From Lepidodermella squamata (taxonomy: Eukaryota; Animalia; Gastrotricha): 64,000 bases of DNA. The notes under the pieces are model-generated. The model worked only from the letters and a program-made list of their open reading frames with translations. It was not told the origin of the DNA and searched no databases. Shown here piece after piece: positions 23,750 through 36,948 of this stretch (its first letter is position 1; each line of letters starts with the position of its first letter). The position numbers were made by a program, and so were the translations under genes. Location: NCBI GenBank assembly GCA_047495785.1, contig JBLDXI010000014.1:186001-250000 (forward strand), given 5' to 3'.

Positions 23750-26700
23750 ATGGCGATTAAATGGGAAGACGCTGCTGTAATCTTGGCTTTCATCGTAGTA
23801 AGTTGATGAATTTTAAGGAGATTCGCCATTTTTTCACTCTATCATTATAGGTGTCAAGTATACCTGGTCCCATTATCATGTTCCGTAAACGGCGCAATAA
23901 AGAGTTCCACACGCCTCAGAGCTATTTCATGGGCAATAGAGATCTGCCACCTATCGCCACTGCTATTTCGCTTTTCATGAGCTTCTCGCCGCTGGTGTTG
24001 ATTGCCGAATTCCCGGTCGAAATCTACAGCCGAGGAGCGACGCCTTTCCTTCGCTGCATCGGCCAGTCGATCGGCATTATAATCGCAGCCGGGCTGTTCG
24101 TGCCGATGTTATTTCGGCTCAAAGTCACTACAACGTATGAATATGCCGAAAAGCGGTACCATACCCGAAAAATTCGATACACCTCAAGCGCATTTAACAT
24201 AATAATCGCAATTCTCAACAATGTAAGTATAAAGGATGGGTTAACTGAAATTATTATTGAAATACTCGAATTCTAGGCTTTGGTTACATACACTTTGTGT
24301 TTGACTATCGTCAAAGTATCTCCCATGCCGGTATGGCTGGCAGCAATTCTCGTTACAAGTAAAACACAATTTTCATTGTGAAAAAGTTATAAAAATGCAT
24401 CTTTTCCCAAGTCAAAGCAACGTTTTCGGCTGGAGCGGGAGGAATCCAGTCGGTTGTTTGGACGAATTGTATTCACTATTTTTCCATGTTCGCCTGCCTG
24501 ACTGGCGTAGTCGTCGTCTCGTACAAAACGGTCGACGGCGGTCTACCGGCTGCCCTTCAAATGGCCGAAGATGGCGGTCGGCTGAACTTTTTGGGAGATT
24601 CCCTCGACCCGAGAGATGATTTCACGCTTTGGACGGCGCTATTGCCCGCAATTTTTCATTACATCGGTCTCATGTTCAGTCAAACTGCCCTCAGCCGTTA
24701 TACCTCATTTCCGTCGATGGGCCGATGTGTTGGGTATGAAGATGGCAATTTTTCCTAAATCAACAACTTTTTTTGTTAAATTTCAGTGCTGTTCTGTCGG
24801 TTGTACCTCAGACAATCATGTTACACACGCTGTTATTTTTCCTGGCGATCTCCATGTACGCTTCGTATCAAGAAGCTGGTTGTGATTCAGTTGGTCTCGA
24901 ACCGGACGATAAACACGCCATGAGTTCGCATTTCATCAAATTTTTCCTCGAGAAAAAGTTCCCAGGCATTGTCGGAGCGTGGACAGTCACCTTGATGTCC
25001 AGCACCCTGTCGACGTTATCAGCCAGCGTCAACGCGACAGTTGGTCTCGTCTGGCACGATTTCATCGGCGATTTCTTAGAGCATAAATTGCGCGAAAAAC
25101 GGCTTCAGACCTTCTTGAAGCTGGTGACAATTTTCATCGGTCTAATCAGCCTCGGCTTGGCTTTGCTCATGTGGCGAATGCCGGACGAATGGGTGCGTCT
25201 CATCGGCAAAGTCACATTTGTCCTCTCATCCGCATTCTACCTGCTTCATTTCGGTAATTTTTAATCCAGGTTTCTGTTAGGTTAGATTATGAATTTTTTC
25301 CAAAATTTTATAGCTGGGGCGTTGGTTCCATTTATCAACAGACCTGGAGTCATTGTCGGCATTCTTGTCTCGTTTGCTTTAATGACTAGTCTAACAGTTT
25401 GCCAATTCCACTATGGATTCCATGTGAAAGTAAGTAAACTACTGCAAAAATATTCGGTATTTAATTATTCTGCGAAATTAACAGCCTCAACGATTAGCTG
25501 TTCCTCGGCATAATTGCGAGGCGTTACGAGCTAATTTATCGGCAACTACTCCAATCTGCGACTACAGCTCGACAACTGCGCCACCCGTAATCGAAACTAC
25601 GACAAAGGGTGGCGGTATCGTTTTCCCGGACGAAGTGCGAAGAAAGCCGTTGGATATTGAAGAAGCTCCAACAACCAGAGTGCCTGTTATAACGATTAAC
25701 ATACCAGCGATTGCTGACACTTCGCAGCCAGTAATAGCTGCCGTTACAACCGAACAGCCGGTGATTACAACAGAGCCGGTAACCGAGCCGCCTGAGACCC
25801 CACCACCGCCCGCTCCGGCGGCTCCAGTGATACCGGAACGAGTGACTACACGAGAAGAGGTGATCGAAGCAGCTATCACCACTACAGCGGCACAAGCTGT
25901 CGCAGAGACAACAGTGGGGGCTGAGACAGGCTCAGGGGAAAATTTGCCAATTTCGACTGGATTACCGCTTTTGCCGGATAACGCGGAGGTCGTCGATGTA
26001 GCGGCGGCTACCACGATGGCAAGTGCGAGGAGAAAGCGCGAACAGCCGCCAGAGGAAAGGGAAGAGAAACCTACTACTGTGGTTTCGCCGAAACTTGACA
26101 AAATGTCAACGATGCATCCGCGTGATTTCAATAAATCCGCGAATGTATCCGCTTCTGCTCATAAAGGGTAAGCCTACTTCACAATTTTTGGATATCATTT
26201 ATTTTTGAATTATTTATAGCTCTCACCTTCCTGGCTGGTTCCAGTACATATTGGCGATCTCATTTTTCTACTACCCCATCTTCACCGTAGTTATCGGCTT
26301 CATTCTCGCAACTTTCATATCGATGTGCACCGGCGGCTTGACTCGGGCGAAGACAGTTGGCGCCGAGACGTTGTCGGTGACAAACTGCTTCGCCGACCCA
26401 GCGGCAAAGCCGACGATACCGGACAAGGCTGGCGACTGGCTGCTATCGCCAGAACGGGCAGCCGCTCGCTCGAGTCGCCAGTACCAGGACCAGCCGCCGA
26501 ACCGGAACCGGCGCGTCTACAACAGCCCGGACGAGTACGCGCGTAGCATCGACCCGAACACGCCGGCTATGATGCTGGCGGACTCGCGGACGAAAACAGG
26601 CGGTTCGAAGGACAACATCCTAGTGTCTAACATCCAACAGGCACCAGCTGTTTCCGTCTACGGCACGCTTGGCCGTAATACTGACGGGTCTAACCAGGGC

Positions 26701-26901
26701 GCCGCGACTTTGGTGATAAACAGCAGTCGTTTCGCGCCGATTGTGTCGGCGACTTCGCACCAGAATGCCGCGTACCAGCCGCTGCCGTTTGTCGCACCGG
26801 CCCAAGCGCCGCAGTACTACGAGGACGAAATCAACGATTACAACTCGAGCGGAACCCCCGATTCCGACGCAAGGACAGCATCCACTTTTCATATGCGTTG
26901 A
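23750..26901 (+). CDS. SLC5 sodium:solute symporter (SMCT/SMVT/NIS-like), copy 1; divergent, with a long mucin-like loop; 7 introns
   Basis: SYFMGNRDL, FPVEIYSRG, TTTYEYAEKRY, GGIQSVVWT, GGRLNF, SQTALSRY, FPGIVG...SSTLSTLSASVNA, ISFFYYP, SMCTGG. Confidence 0.85.
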
Positions 26902-27438
26902 ATCTGCTTATAATGATTAGCTATCTTAATCTGTCCTTGCTTCATGAAACGGAAATATATTGTAACATAAATGTAGAATTCGAGTAAACTGCCATAACGA
27001 GCTATCTCTGAAAAAACCTCGGCATGGACCTACTTTCGATATGTGAGACTAATCAAAAACTCTGAAATCAGAAATGACCAGTCGGAGCTCTCACAGTGCT
27101 TGTAATCTTGAAGATATACTATTTACTAATTTTTTCGAGTTTTGAATTCAACAGTTGATGTGACCATCAGTTGTTTCGTGTCTCGTCATCAATGTCAAAC
27201 TATGCTTATTTAGCTAGTGAATATTTTTCAAAACGTTGTTCAAGTCTTTTTGGCAAATAAAAGGTGGAGTACAAAACAGTAACCTGATTCCGAATAAACA
27301 AGATTTTATCCAGATATGCTGAAAAAAGGTGGCAAATTTCCCTGAGCCACTTGGATTTTAAAGTTGAATTTCTAGCGGCGTCAAATGTTCCGCCTATTCG
27401 GTTGCGCGATGGCTTCGAAAAATTCCCTATAGCAACTC

Positions 27439-27601
27439 AATAATGGCAACAAAGAAATCGTTAGATATCTTGTGTAAAATTCCCAGACTTGGTCAACGCT
27501 GCTGATAATGATGGAAAATGTCATCGCAAGTAGCTGCCGAGAATGGTCAAGTTAACATCGTCGCCCTGCTGCAATCTTCTTATAGGAAAACAGACATTTG
27601 A
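27439..27601 (+). pseudogene. Frameshifted ankyrin-repeat remnant
   Basis: Three successive frames read NNGNKEIVRYLV* / KFPDLVNAADNDGK / QVAAENGQVNIVALLQS, resembling the repeats of the 8228 gene (GCLDAVRYLSCRFPEEVN, AAENGHLSIV). Confidence 0.65.
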
Positions 27602-27827
27602 GGCGACGAAAAGAGCGTTCAAGGTTGTGTCTGAAATTTTGCACACCCGATTTCGCTGATATGGAAGCGGCTATCTTTAGGCAATCCATTATCAAGGTTA
27701 CGGTTTACGCTATCTCCGTTTGAAGTTCATAATATGTTTGGCAAGAGTTTTCTTATCGGCAGTGCACGAGTAAAGACTTAATTTTGGGTGCTAAAATCAA
27801 TTAGAATTTGCAGCCAAAAAACACAAA

Positions 27828-30193
27828 ATGGCACTCCACTGGGTCGACTACCTCATCTTCGGCCTGCTACTTTTTGTCTCGGCCATCATTGGGCCCATTC
27901 AGATGTATCGCAACCGCGGTAAAAAGGAAACGGCTGAAAGGTATAGAAGATTTTGGCGAGTTAAGTACCGATAATTATATAGTGTCCTGTCGCTCAAATG
28001 TGACCTAGTTATTTCATGGCGAAAAAAGGTATGCATATCATACCGACGAGCGCGTCGCTCTTCGCGTCATTCTTCTCCGCAACCGGCATAACATCCCTGC
28101 CGTTGGAGCTGTACACGGGCGGCGGTAAATTTTTCATGGCCAGTGTCGGCCAATTTTTCGGCATTTTCCTCGGCGCGTTCTTCGTCGTGCCAATGTTTTA
28201 CCATCTGAAAATGCTGTCCGTCTACAAATATTTCGAGCTTCGCTTCAACTCGCCGTTGCTGCGTAAGGTCTGCAGTGCCTTGAGCGTTCTTTCGGCCACG
28301 TTTTTCCTCGGCCTAGTCACATTTTCGCCTTGCATCGCCCTCGAAGCTGTCACCCCTATTCCACTCTGGCTCAGCGTTAGTGTCTCTGCTGGTGTCACCC
28401 TCATCTACACAGTACTCGGCGGCTTCAGAACCGTTGTCATCGTCGACTTTATCCAAGCTATCGTCATGTTTGCCGGTGTTATAGCGGCGCTTGTTGTAGG
28501 CATGTATTCGATCGACGGCGGTTTTTCACGCGCAATGGAAGTCGCGAAGGAGTTCGGCCGGCTTGACTTCATCGATTTCAACCCAGATCCAAGAAATACA
28601 TATTCGATTTACGCCACAGTGTTGCCGGCTATCGTCAGCTCTGCGACTATGTTTGCTACAGCTCAAGCATCGATACAACGCTACACGTCTCTTCCGACTG
28701 TCAGGCAGGCTACAATGTACGGCTGATTAATTTTTGGTTTCAAGAAATGTATTCATTCATTTCATTTTTAGATCAGTGATAACTCTTGCGCCACAGACAA
28801 TTTTGCTGAAGCTTCTGCTACTTTTCTTGGCTATTGCCATGTTTGCTCACTACCAAATTCAAGGCTGCGATCCGTTAAGAGGAGGCCTGTTAAAAAATCC
28901 GAACCAGCTTGTGACATTCTACGTCGCGGAGGTGCTGAACTACCCTGGTTTAATGGGCCTGTGGTTTGCGGCACTATTCAGCGGTTCCCTTTCGACCATG
29001 TCTACCATGTACAACTCGCTGGCCGCTATTGTTTGGGCTGATCTGCTTCAGGAGCCGCTTTCGAAACGGCTAACAGATCGCGGCATCTCTATCACGCTGA
29101 AACTCATCTCTCTGGCGATTGGATTAGGTTCTGTTGGCATGGCGATCGCTTTCCAGAACTTTCAAGGCTCAATTGTTCGACTCGCAAGGGCAACAGGTAT
29201 TTTTCAAACACTGAATCGTTTTCATAATTAACCTTCTTATATTAGCTGGAGTTTTTGCCAGTCCAATGGCAATTGCTTTCGTAGCCGGGATTACTATTCC
29301 ATTTGTCAACGCTATCGGCACGGTCGTTGGCATGATTTGCGCAGTGCTCGTGACAGCTTCGATTTCAACGGGTCAGATGGTGCTAAAACTGAACGTTCAG
29401 CAAGGCTGGTTGCCTACAACTATTGAAAACTGCCCGGCAATTAGCGCCAAATTAGGATTGACATCATTGATGAATTTAAACTCGACAAATGTCACAGCGA
29501 TGGCGACAAGTCTCCTGCTGTTGACGTCCCCTCTCGCGCCAGTTGTCACCCAATCGCCGTTGAATGTAACGAGTACAGATCTTCAGCCGACGACGACTGC
29601 GCTGGCCGATTTTCAGCAGTATTTCTTGTTGGACGAGCTTCATCCGATTGATAACTCGTCTTTTTCGGCCGCGACTGAAAACTTAGATGTCACGACAGAG
29701 CCGTCGCTGGTTTTCTCGTCAGGCCTCTCGCCTTTCGACGACGAAACCGCGCCAGAGACAATTGCGCCAAGGGCTGTCAGATCGGCTGTCACAATAACGG
29801 TAGTCAATAATAACACTACCTCACACGCCGCTAATGAGACAGCTGTAGCGCTTAAAGACAGACTTCCGGGTCCTATTAAATACGTGCTATCTGTTAGTTA
29901 TTTCCTATTTCCTTTCATCTCCCTGCTCATCGGCGTCATCGTAGCAGTGGCCGTCAGTCTTTGCACAGGTAAGCATTCCGCATTCCGCCAATTCCTTTAA
30001 CATTATTATTTATTTCCCCATCAATTTTTAAGGCGGAATAGAAATGGCGCGTTCACTCGACCCGCGTTACGTTGTAGTCAAAAATTGCTTCTACCGCGGT
30101 ATTCCAGTTCGGCTCAGTAAGACCGACGAAGAGGACGAGAAAGCCAGTGACGAAAAGCCGGCTGTTGAGCGGCCTCTTTTAACAGCGGCATGA
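27828..30193 (+). CDS. SLC5 sodium:solute symporter, copy 2; 4 coding introns
   Basis: MALHWVDYLIF, SLFASFFSA, LPLELYTGG, YFELRF, LGGFRTVV, GRLDFIDFNPDP, QASIQRY, GCDPLRGG..NPNQL, YPGLMGLWFAALFSGSLSTMS; stop at 30191-30193. Confidence 0.92.
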
Positions 30194-31182
30194 GATGAAA
30201 CGTGTCGCGTCTACAACCGGTCATTTTTGTGCGAGATAAAATTTGAACTGTTTGCGTACACGGTATTACATATTATTATAATAAAATAATAAGATAAAAA
30301 TGAAACGAAACTCGCTGCAAGGTGCGTAAGCAAATATTTGCATCGAGTTGACTCGCCGCGGTTGAGTCTATAAAAATCGTTTGAACTATACGAGATGATA
30401 ACACGTGTTATCTGCCGGAAGCGGAAGCAGCGCTGCTCTTAAATAGGTAAGGTATTTTAATCCAAGCCTCGCAGTATTTTGTTGTTCAAAACGACTCTAT
30501 AGAAGCTACACCGATTGATCAAGAAGGGTTTTGGAATAGACGGTTGTCATATCATTTGATGAACGTCTGTTGTAGCCTTTTGGTGTGAAATTCAAGATGA
30601 TCGCTTGTGACGGGACCACCGTCCGAGGTGTTGAAATCACTCTAGCCCGCGTGTCTCATCAAGGAGTTTTCTGTCAGACAGGCCTCGAGCATCAATATCG
30701 CATGTAAATTGTAATTATCAATCCGTCAAAACCATCTCTACGATATTAGCATTTCTACTGACTTACAGCAGTAGAGTTCACCTTTTCTTGCAGTAACTAG
30801 TCTTGATACGCGTGGTCTCGATGGCGCCATAATTTCGCAAAAGATATAATTATTTTGATATTACCTGGCATTATCTGCTCACTGTTTCAATGAACCCGCT
30901 GGCCGTGTTCCTACTGTAACTCTGAAAGCAGTCGTAGCCAAAAGAGCGCCGACGCGCGTAGGGCTATCTTGCGTGCGCGCATTATCGCGGCCGCGCAACA
31001 AAGGATCTGTCTCTGTTTTCCAGTTTTTGACCCAGTTTCGCGTCACTGGCGCACTGTTACGCCAATGACCGCTCGTTACAGCTTAAACCCGAAACACAAC
31101 CGGCGCCTTCCTGTTTTCGTCTCATTTTAATTCTGGTAATGGTAGAAATAACAATTTTTCATTGATTTATCCTAGAGAAAGA

Positions 31183-33508
31183 ATGGGCGAACTTCACGTC
31201 GTTGATTATGCTGTCTTCTCCTTGCTCTTGCTGGTCTCGGCTCTGGTGGGCCCGTTTTACATGTGGCGGGATAGGAAAAAGCGGGAAACTTCCGAAAGGT
31301 AATTGATATTTTCTCATTTAAATGATTACAATCATATTTCCATTACATTTTAGCTATTTTGTTGGAAATCGAGCGCTACACTTCGTTCCCACCGCTGCCA
31401 GCTTGTTCGCCTCGTTTTGGTCGGCGATCGCGCTGATCGGCATCCCTGCCGAGCTGTACACAGGCGGGGCCAAGTTTTTCATGTCAAGTGTGGGCAATAT
31501 CATCGGCATTTTCATCGGCGCCTACTTCGCCGTTCCAATGATGTACCGACTGAAGCTGATCAGCACCTATCAATACATCGAACTGCGCTTCGGCTCAAGC
31601 GCTGTCCGCAAACTCGGCACAGTCGCTGGCATATTGACTAGCCTATTCAGCCTGGCTGTGACAACGTAATTAATCAACTAAATTTTCCGAATTTGTTTTA
31701 AATTTGTTGTAAAGGTATGCACCTTGCGTGGCGCTGGAGGCCGTATCGCCTATCCCGATTTGGGTCAGCGTGATTTCGGTCGCGTCTATCACCATGATCT
31801 ACACGGTTCTCGGCGGCATTCGCGCCGTGGTAATCGTCGATTTCTTTCAAGCCATCGTCATGTTTTTCGGCGTTCTCGTCGCCACGGTCATCGGATTTTC
31901 GAAAATAGACGGCGGCTTCTCGCAAGCGATGGATATTGCTTATAAGGGCGGCCGGCTCGATTTTTTCGACTTTAATCCAGACCCGCGTAATACCTATTCC
32001 TTCTGGGCTATGGTAATACCGCAAATCCTATTCTCTGCCGGCATCTATGCTACCAGCCAAGCTGCTGTTCAACGCTATTCAGCCTTGCCAACGGTAAAGC
32101 AGGCGACATGGTCGATTCTTTCGATGACTCCGCAAATACTCATCTTCAAAATTATGCTGTTTCTCCTGTCTCTTGCGATGTAATTTGTCGAAAAATGGTC
32201 TTGATTTTGCAATTAATGAAATTTTACAGGTTTGCGTACTACGACGCCCGAGGCTGCGATCCATTACGCGGAAAAATCATCGACAACCCAAATCAGTTGA
32301 CGACGTTTTTCGTTGTAGAAGTGCTCGACTACCCAGGCTTGATCGGTTTATGGTTCGCAGCTCTTTTCAGCGGCTCCCTATCCACCATGTCGACAGGCTA
32401 CAATTCAGTAGCAGCGATAATTTACGAAGATTTCATCAAGGAAAAGTACGAAAAGCGCCTCAGCCCGCGTGGCGTTTCAATCGTGCTGAAAGTAGTCACC
32501 CTAGCTCTAGGCGTTTCATCCTGCCTTCTGGCCCTGGTTTTCAAAGCCCTATCAGGGTCTATCATCAAACTGACAATGTCTACAGTCAGCGTGTTCGGCG
32601 CAGCGGTTTTTATCGCCTACCTTGGCGGTGCATTATTCCCGTTCGTCAACTCACGCGGCACAGTTTTCGGCATGATCTCCGCCACGCTTTTGACCTGCTT
32701 CATGTCCGGCGGTCAGTTGATGTTCAAACTCGGAAATGAACAAGTCTGGCTGCCGACTAGAACCGATAACTGCAGCGCCTACCTCCCATCGACACTGATG
32801 CCGGCGATGCTTACTCCTCCTCAGCTTCTTAATACTACTACGGCAAGGCCGGTGATAACAGATGATTCGCCGAGTCTGAAGTTGTTGAGAGAAGCGATGT
32901 CTAGGCCTAAAATTAAGACTTTGAAGAATAATTCGACGAAGAGTGCGGTTGCTAAGAAAGCCGGTTTCAGTCTTGATCCTGAAACATTACCGGCTGGCTT
33001 GCTCTACATGTTCTCGTTCAGCTATTTCCTATTCCCGTTTTTCGCCGTCGTTGCCGGCGTGTTAGTCGCCATTTTCATCAGTCTGTGTTCCGGCGGGACG
33101 AAATCGGCCAAGTACGTCGAGCAGAAGTATCTGATGGTTCGAAATTGCTTTGTCCGGCCTGATGACGACAACTGCCAGTCGTCGGAGAGCGAAACCAGCC
33201 ATCCGTGTTGCAGCTTCAACGGCGACAGTTCAACGGGCAGCCCGTGCAGCAAATGCCTGAGCAAATGCAACTCGGATTATTCATGCTCAGAAGTCGTGTT
33301 TCGCGACCAGAAGACGTTGCCTGTTGTCGAGGAGAAAGCTTCGATTGAAAGTGTGGAAATGATGAATCTGTCGATACCCGTGGACGTCATTCCGATGGCT
33401 GATATTGCCAGCACCATGATCATGTCACCTGGCATTGGAGACTTTATGCCGCTTAAAAAGGACGAAGAAGCGAGGGAGCTCCCGAAAGAGGCCACTGATA
33501 ATTGCTGA
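31183..33508 (+). CDS. SLC5 sodium:solute symporter, copy 3; 3 coding introns, Cys-rich tail
   Basis: MGELHVVDYAVF, YFVGNRAL, FASFWSAIALIGIPAELY, LGGIRAVV, QAAVQRY, GCDPLRG, YPGLIGLWFAALFSGSLSTMS. Confidence 0.92.
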
Positions 33509-33868
33509 TGTTTCAGCTTTTGTTAATTTGAACTTTTAATACTTTGATTTCTCTGAAATGGCGCCGCCGGCTCAAATCACAATTGCTCAATTTTATTAAT
33601 AAAAGCTTTATAATATGTACAGACAATTTTGAAATTTTGAAAACTCCGTGGGTGGTGAAATTAGAATGAAAATATCCAGGCCGTGGTGTTTACGCTTGGA
33701 AAAAACGAATAAAATTAGCTTCGCATAGCATTTTGTTTACCGAAAACACACGAGTCAAGTGTTATTGTGCTGGAAAGATCCGAGCCGTGAAATTTCGGTC
33801 GGATGCTCTTGTTTGGCATTTTTTGACCCTCACAAATTGAGCAGTGATTACATAGGTACGGCTGAAAA

Positions 33869-36351
33869 ATGACCATCTCCTTGCGGATAATCGATTACAT
33901 CATCGTTGTCACCCTGATGGCGTTTCCCATCGCCATGGGTCCGATCGTCTACTGGCGAGACCGAGACAAACCGGCGACATCGGAGAGTTTCTTCGTCGCA
34001 AATCGCCGAATGTTCGGCCTGTCCGGTGTTGCAAGCATGTTTTCTGCTTACTGGTCTGCAACTGTGCTAATCCATGGGCAGGACAATATCTTGACAGCCT
34101 TCTTCGGTTTCTTTCTTTCCACGTAAAAGATTTCAAGATCTTCGATTTGAAGTGCATTTTTTTATCTTAGGATTGCGGAAACCGTCGGGATAGTTTTGTC
34201 TGCCTTATTCATCGTGCCTGTGTTGTATCAGTTGAAAATGATAAGCTCGTTCGAATATTGGGAAATTCGCTTCCAATCAACAACCTTGCGGAGATTTGGC
34301 GCCATTCTCAACCTGATACCAACAGTGGTACACATGGCTTTTGTCACAGTCGGCCCCTGCTTGCTGTTACAGAAAATATCGCCAATATCATCGTGGATTG
34401 TTACGATCATTCTCTTGCTTACCGGCGTCTCGATTTCTGTTCTCGGAGGCATTGAATCCGTGGCCTTTGCAGACATATCACATGTGGGTTTATAACCCAA
34501 AAAATAGCAGTGCAAAGATGTGCTATTTATTGATAGAACTTTATGATTTTTACCGGGCTCGTGTCTGCTTTCTTGACTCTGTTCAAGAGTACCGAAGTCA
34601 GCATTACAAACGGCATAGTCCACGCCTATGAAAACAGCGACCTGAAAATAATCGATTTCGACTTGAGGCAGCCATTCAACTTTTGGGCAATTATCGTCCC
34701 AGCCTTAATTTCAAGGTATTTGTCAAATTTTACGGCTTCAAATTATGTCTGAAATATTCTTTAAAGTGCTTTCTTCGCAACTTCTCAAACCGCAGTTCAG
34801 ATATATTCGGCTGTTCCGACTGTAAAAAGGACAAAATTGTGAGTATCGCTTTATTCAGAGTTGTTGTAGCTGAATTTTTCCAAATTCCCAGAATATTCCT
34901 CACCGTTATTCCGCAATCATTTGCAAGAAAAACCTTCCTATTTGCCTTAGCTATGGCCACGTAAGTCGATTCTTTTGTGAAAAAAATGAATTTTACTATA
35001 GATGTTGATAAAAGTTACGACAGCTTCAAGAAACGTGACATTTGTGCTATAGCCACTTACGAGAGTCCCAATCTCTTTTTTGTCGAAGTTTTACGCTACC
35101 CTGGTCTCATTGGCCTTTGGGTCGCTTGCTTCTTCTCCATGTCGATTTCAACAATTTCAGCCGGCTGTACTTCGATCACAGCGACTGTATGGGAAGATTT
35201 CTTGAAACACCGCATGCTTAGCCGGTTAAGCGCCAACGGAGTTTCCAGGCTGATCAGACTGATTGCGCTAACTGTTGGAGTGGCAGCTTTCCTCCTAACA
35301 ATTGGGTTTGGATTTCTTTCATCCCATCGCATAGCCGAGCTGGAATTTTTAGCAATTTCTACCGCTGGCTCGGCGATTCTCATCACATTTATCTGCGGCC
35401 TATTCGTGCCGTTCTCGAATGCAATTGGCGTCACAGCGGGAATGATTGCCGGCCCTTCGATAGCTGCTTTCATCATCAGTGGTCAAATGTATTACGAATT
35501 GGGCCGCGACAACGGCTGGTGGCATACTTCAACCTTGAAACATTTAAATTGCTCGAATTCAATCGCGCTGGATTCAATTAAAGATTTCAACGTGACCATC
35601 GGCAGTAGCATTATGCCAATCAGCACGATTGTTGATCCTACAGCTGCTGCTTTACAACAGGCTCAACCTTTCAATTCAATCAATTCAACTGAAGAGAACT
35701 TGAGGTAATTTATTTCTCTAATTTGAGGTATGAATGATGAATGCTGAATTTAGGCTCGCAAATCACCTGGCTCAACCTTTATATCATCTGTTTTCTATTT
35801 CGGTTCATCTCGTGCCATTTATTTCGATCTTTCTCGGATTTATAACAGCAATTGCTGTCAGCTTATGCAAAGGTAAGATATGATTGAAAACTTAATTTTC
35901 CATCTTAATTTTGATTTATTCAGGAGGAATTGTTAGTGCTAAAATGGTGAGCTCGGCATTGATGGTTTACAAAAATTGCTACAGCGAGGAAGAGGAGCTG
36001 CCCAACATCGAATGTACAGCGATGCGACGCCGCCGCAGCTCGAGATATTCGAAAGCTGCATCCACGTTGATGGGCGAGGAGCGGAATGACCTGCTGGCTG
36101 ATGCGACTAGTAAGCGCCTCGTTATTCAAATAGCTGGGCATCAAGCGGCGCCTGATCGCAAGTGCAGCTACTACGAAGCAAAGCCGCGAAGCCCTGGCAG
36201 TGTTCGGTCCTGGCTGACAACGAACCCAATCTACAACACCCTCAGGCCTGATCAGAATAAGCCGCCGAAAGGTCGGGTACCAATATCTGCGCCTCAGCAA
36301 CGTCAACACGAGACAGTAACGGTTAGGAGGCAAATGTTAACTACAATCTAG
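33869..36351 (+). CDS. SLC5 sodium:solute symporter, copy 4; highly divergent; 7 introns
   Basis: IIDYIIV, FFVANRRM, FEYWEIRF, LGGIESV, SQTAVQIY, YPGLIGLWVACFFSMSISTIS. An open frame can be kept through all GT-AG junctions, but one requires the ...gataaaag acceptor near 35014. Ends in LTTI. Confidence 0.8.
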
Positions 36352-36948
36352 CAAATTATTACGAAACTCGAGAAACAGCAACAACAGTTTTACTGCCCCA
36401 TATCTGACCGTGTTTTAGCGTAAAATAAACCTCTTTGATTTTGTTTACTATGCATCTTGGCGTGGTTTAATCTGTTCCAGAATGATAATACACTCAATTT
36501 GTCCTTACAAAGCCGAGACTCGGCCCATTCTTAGCATCCGAAGCGTTATCGCGCTGTAGCAAATGAACGCGGAAGTGATAAACTTTTGTTGTGCACTTGG
36601 TACGCAGATAACTGCGCTATTTTGATTCGTCAACTTCACTATTATACTAGACAAATTGCAGAACTTAATTACAACAGGATCGTGAAGATTGGGATGGTGG
36701 GAACTTACTAGCCGCGTATCTGCAAAAGTCCTGCGATAGATAACTTTTCACGGCCTACGTCGCTTGCAAGTGCGAATGCTTGGTGGTCATTTTTATGGCC
36801 TGGTTCGCCATCCAAATTTCGCCCTTTCCCAAGCAAAACCGCGTCCTATTTAGGACATTTGAAATCAGACCCGCCATTTTACTTGAAATTTGAATGAAAC
36901 AGCAATAGGTTTTAGTTTTTATGGTTATAACTCTATACCGGCTCAAAG

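Noticed and set aside
25536-26131. Long minus-strand ORFs (119 and 189 aa)
   Set aside because: Antisense shadows of the Thr/Pro-rich SLC5 exon.
34961-35014. Apparent premature stop in SLC5 copy 4 if the first tatag acceptor is used
   Set aside because: A downstream aaag acceptor restores the frame and the homologous alignment (ATYDSF), so it is not called a pseudogene; cDNA is needed to settle it.
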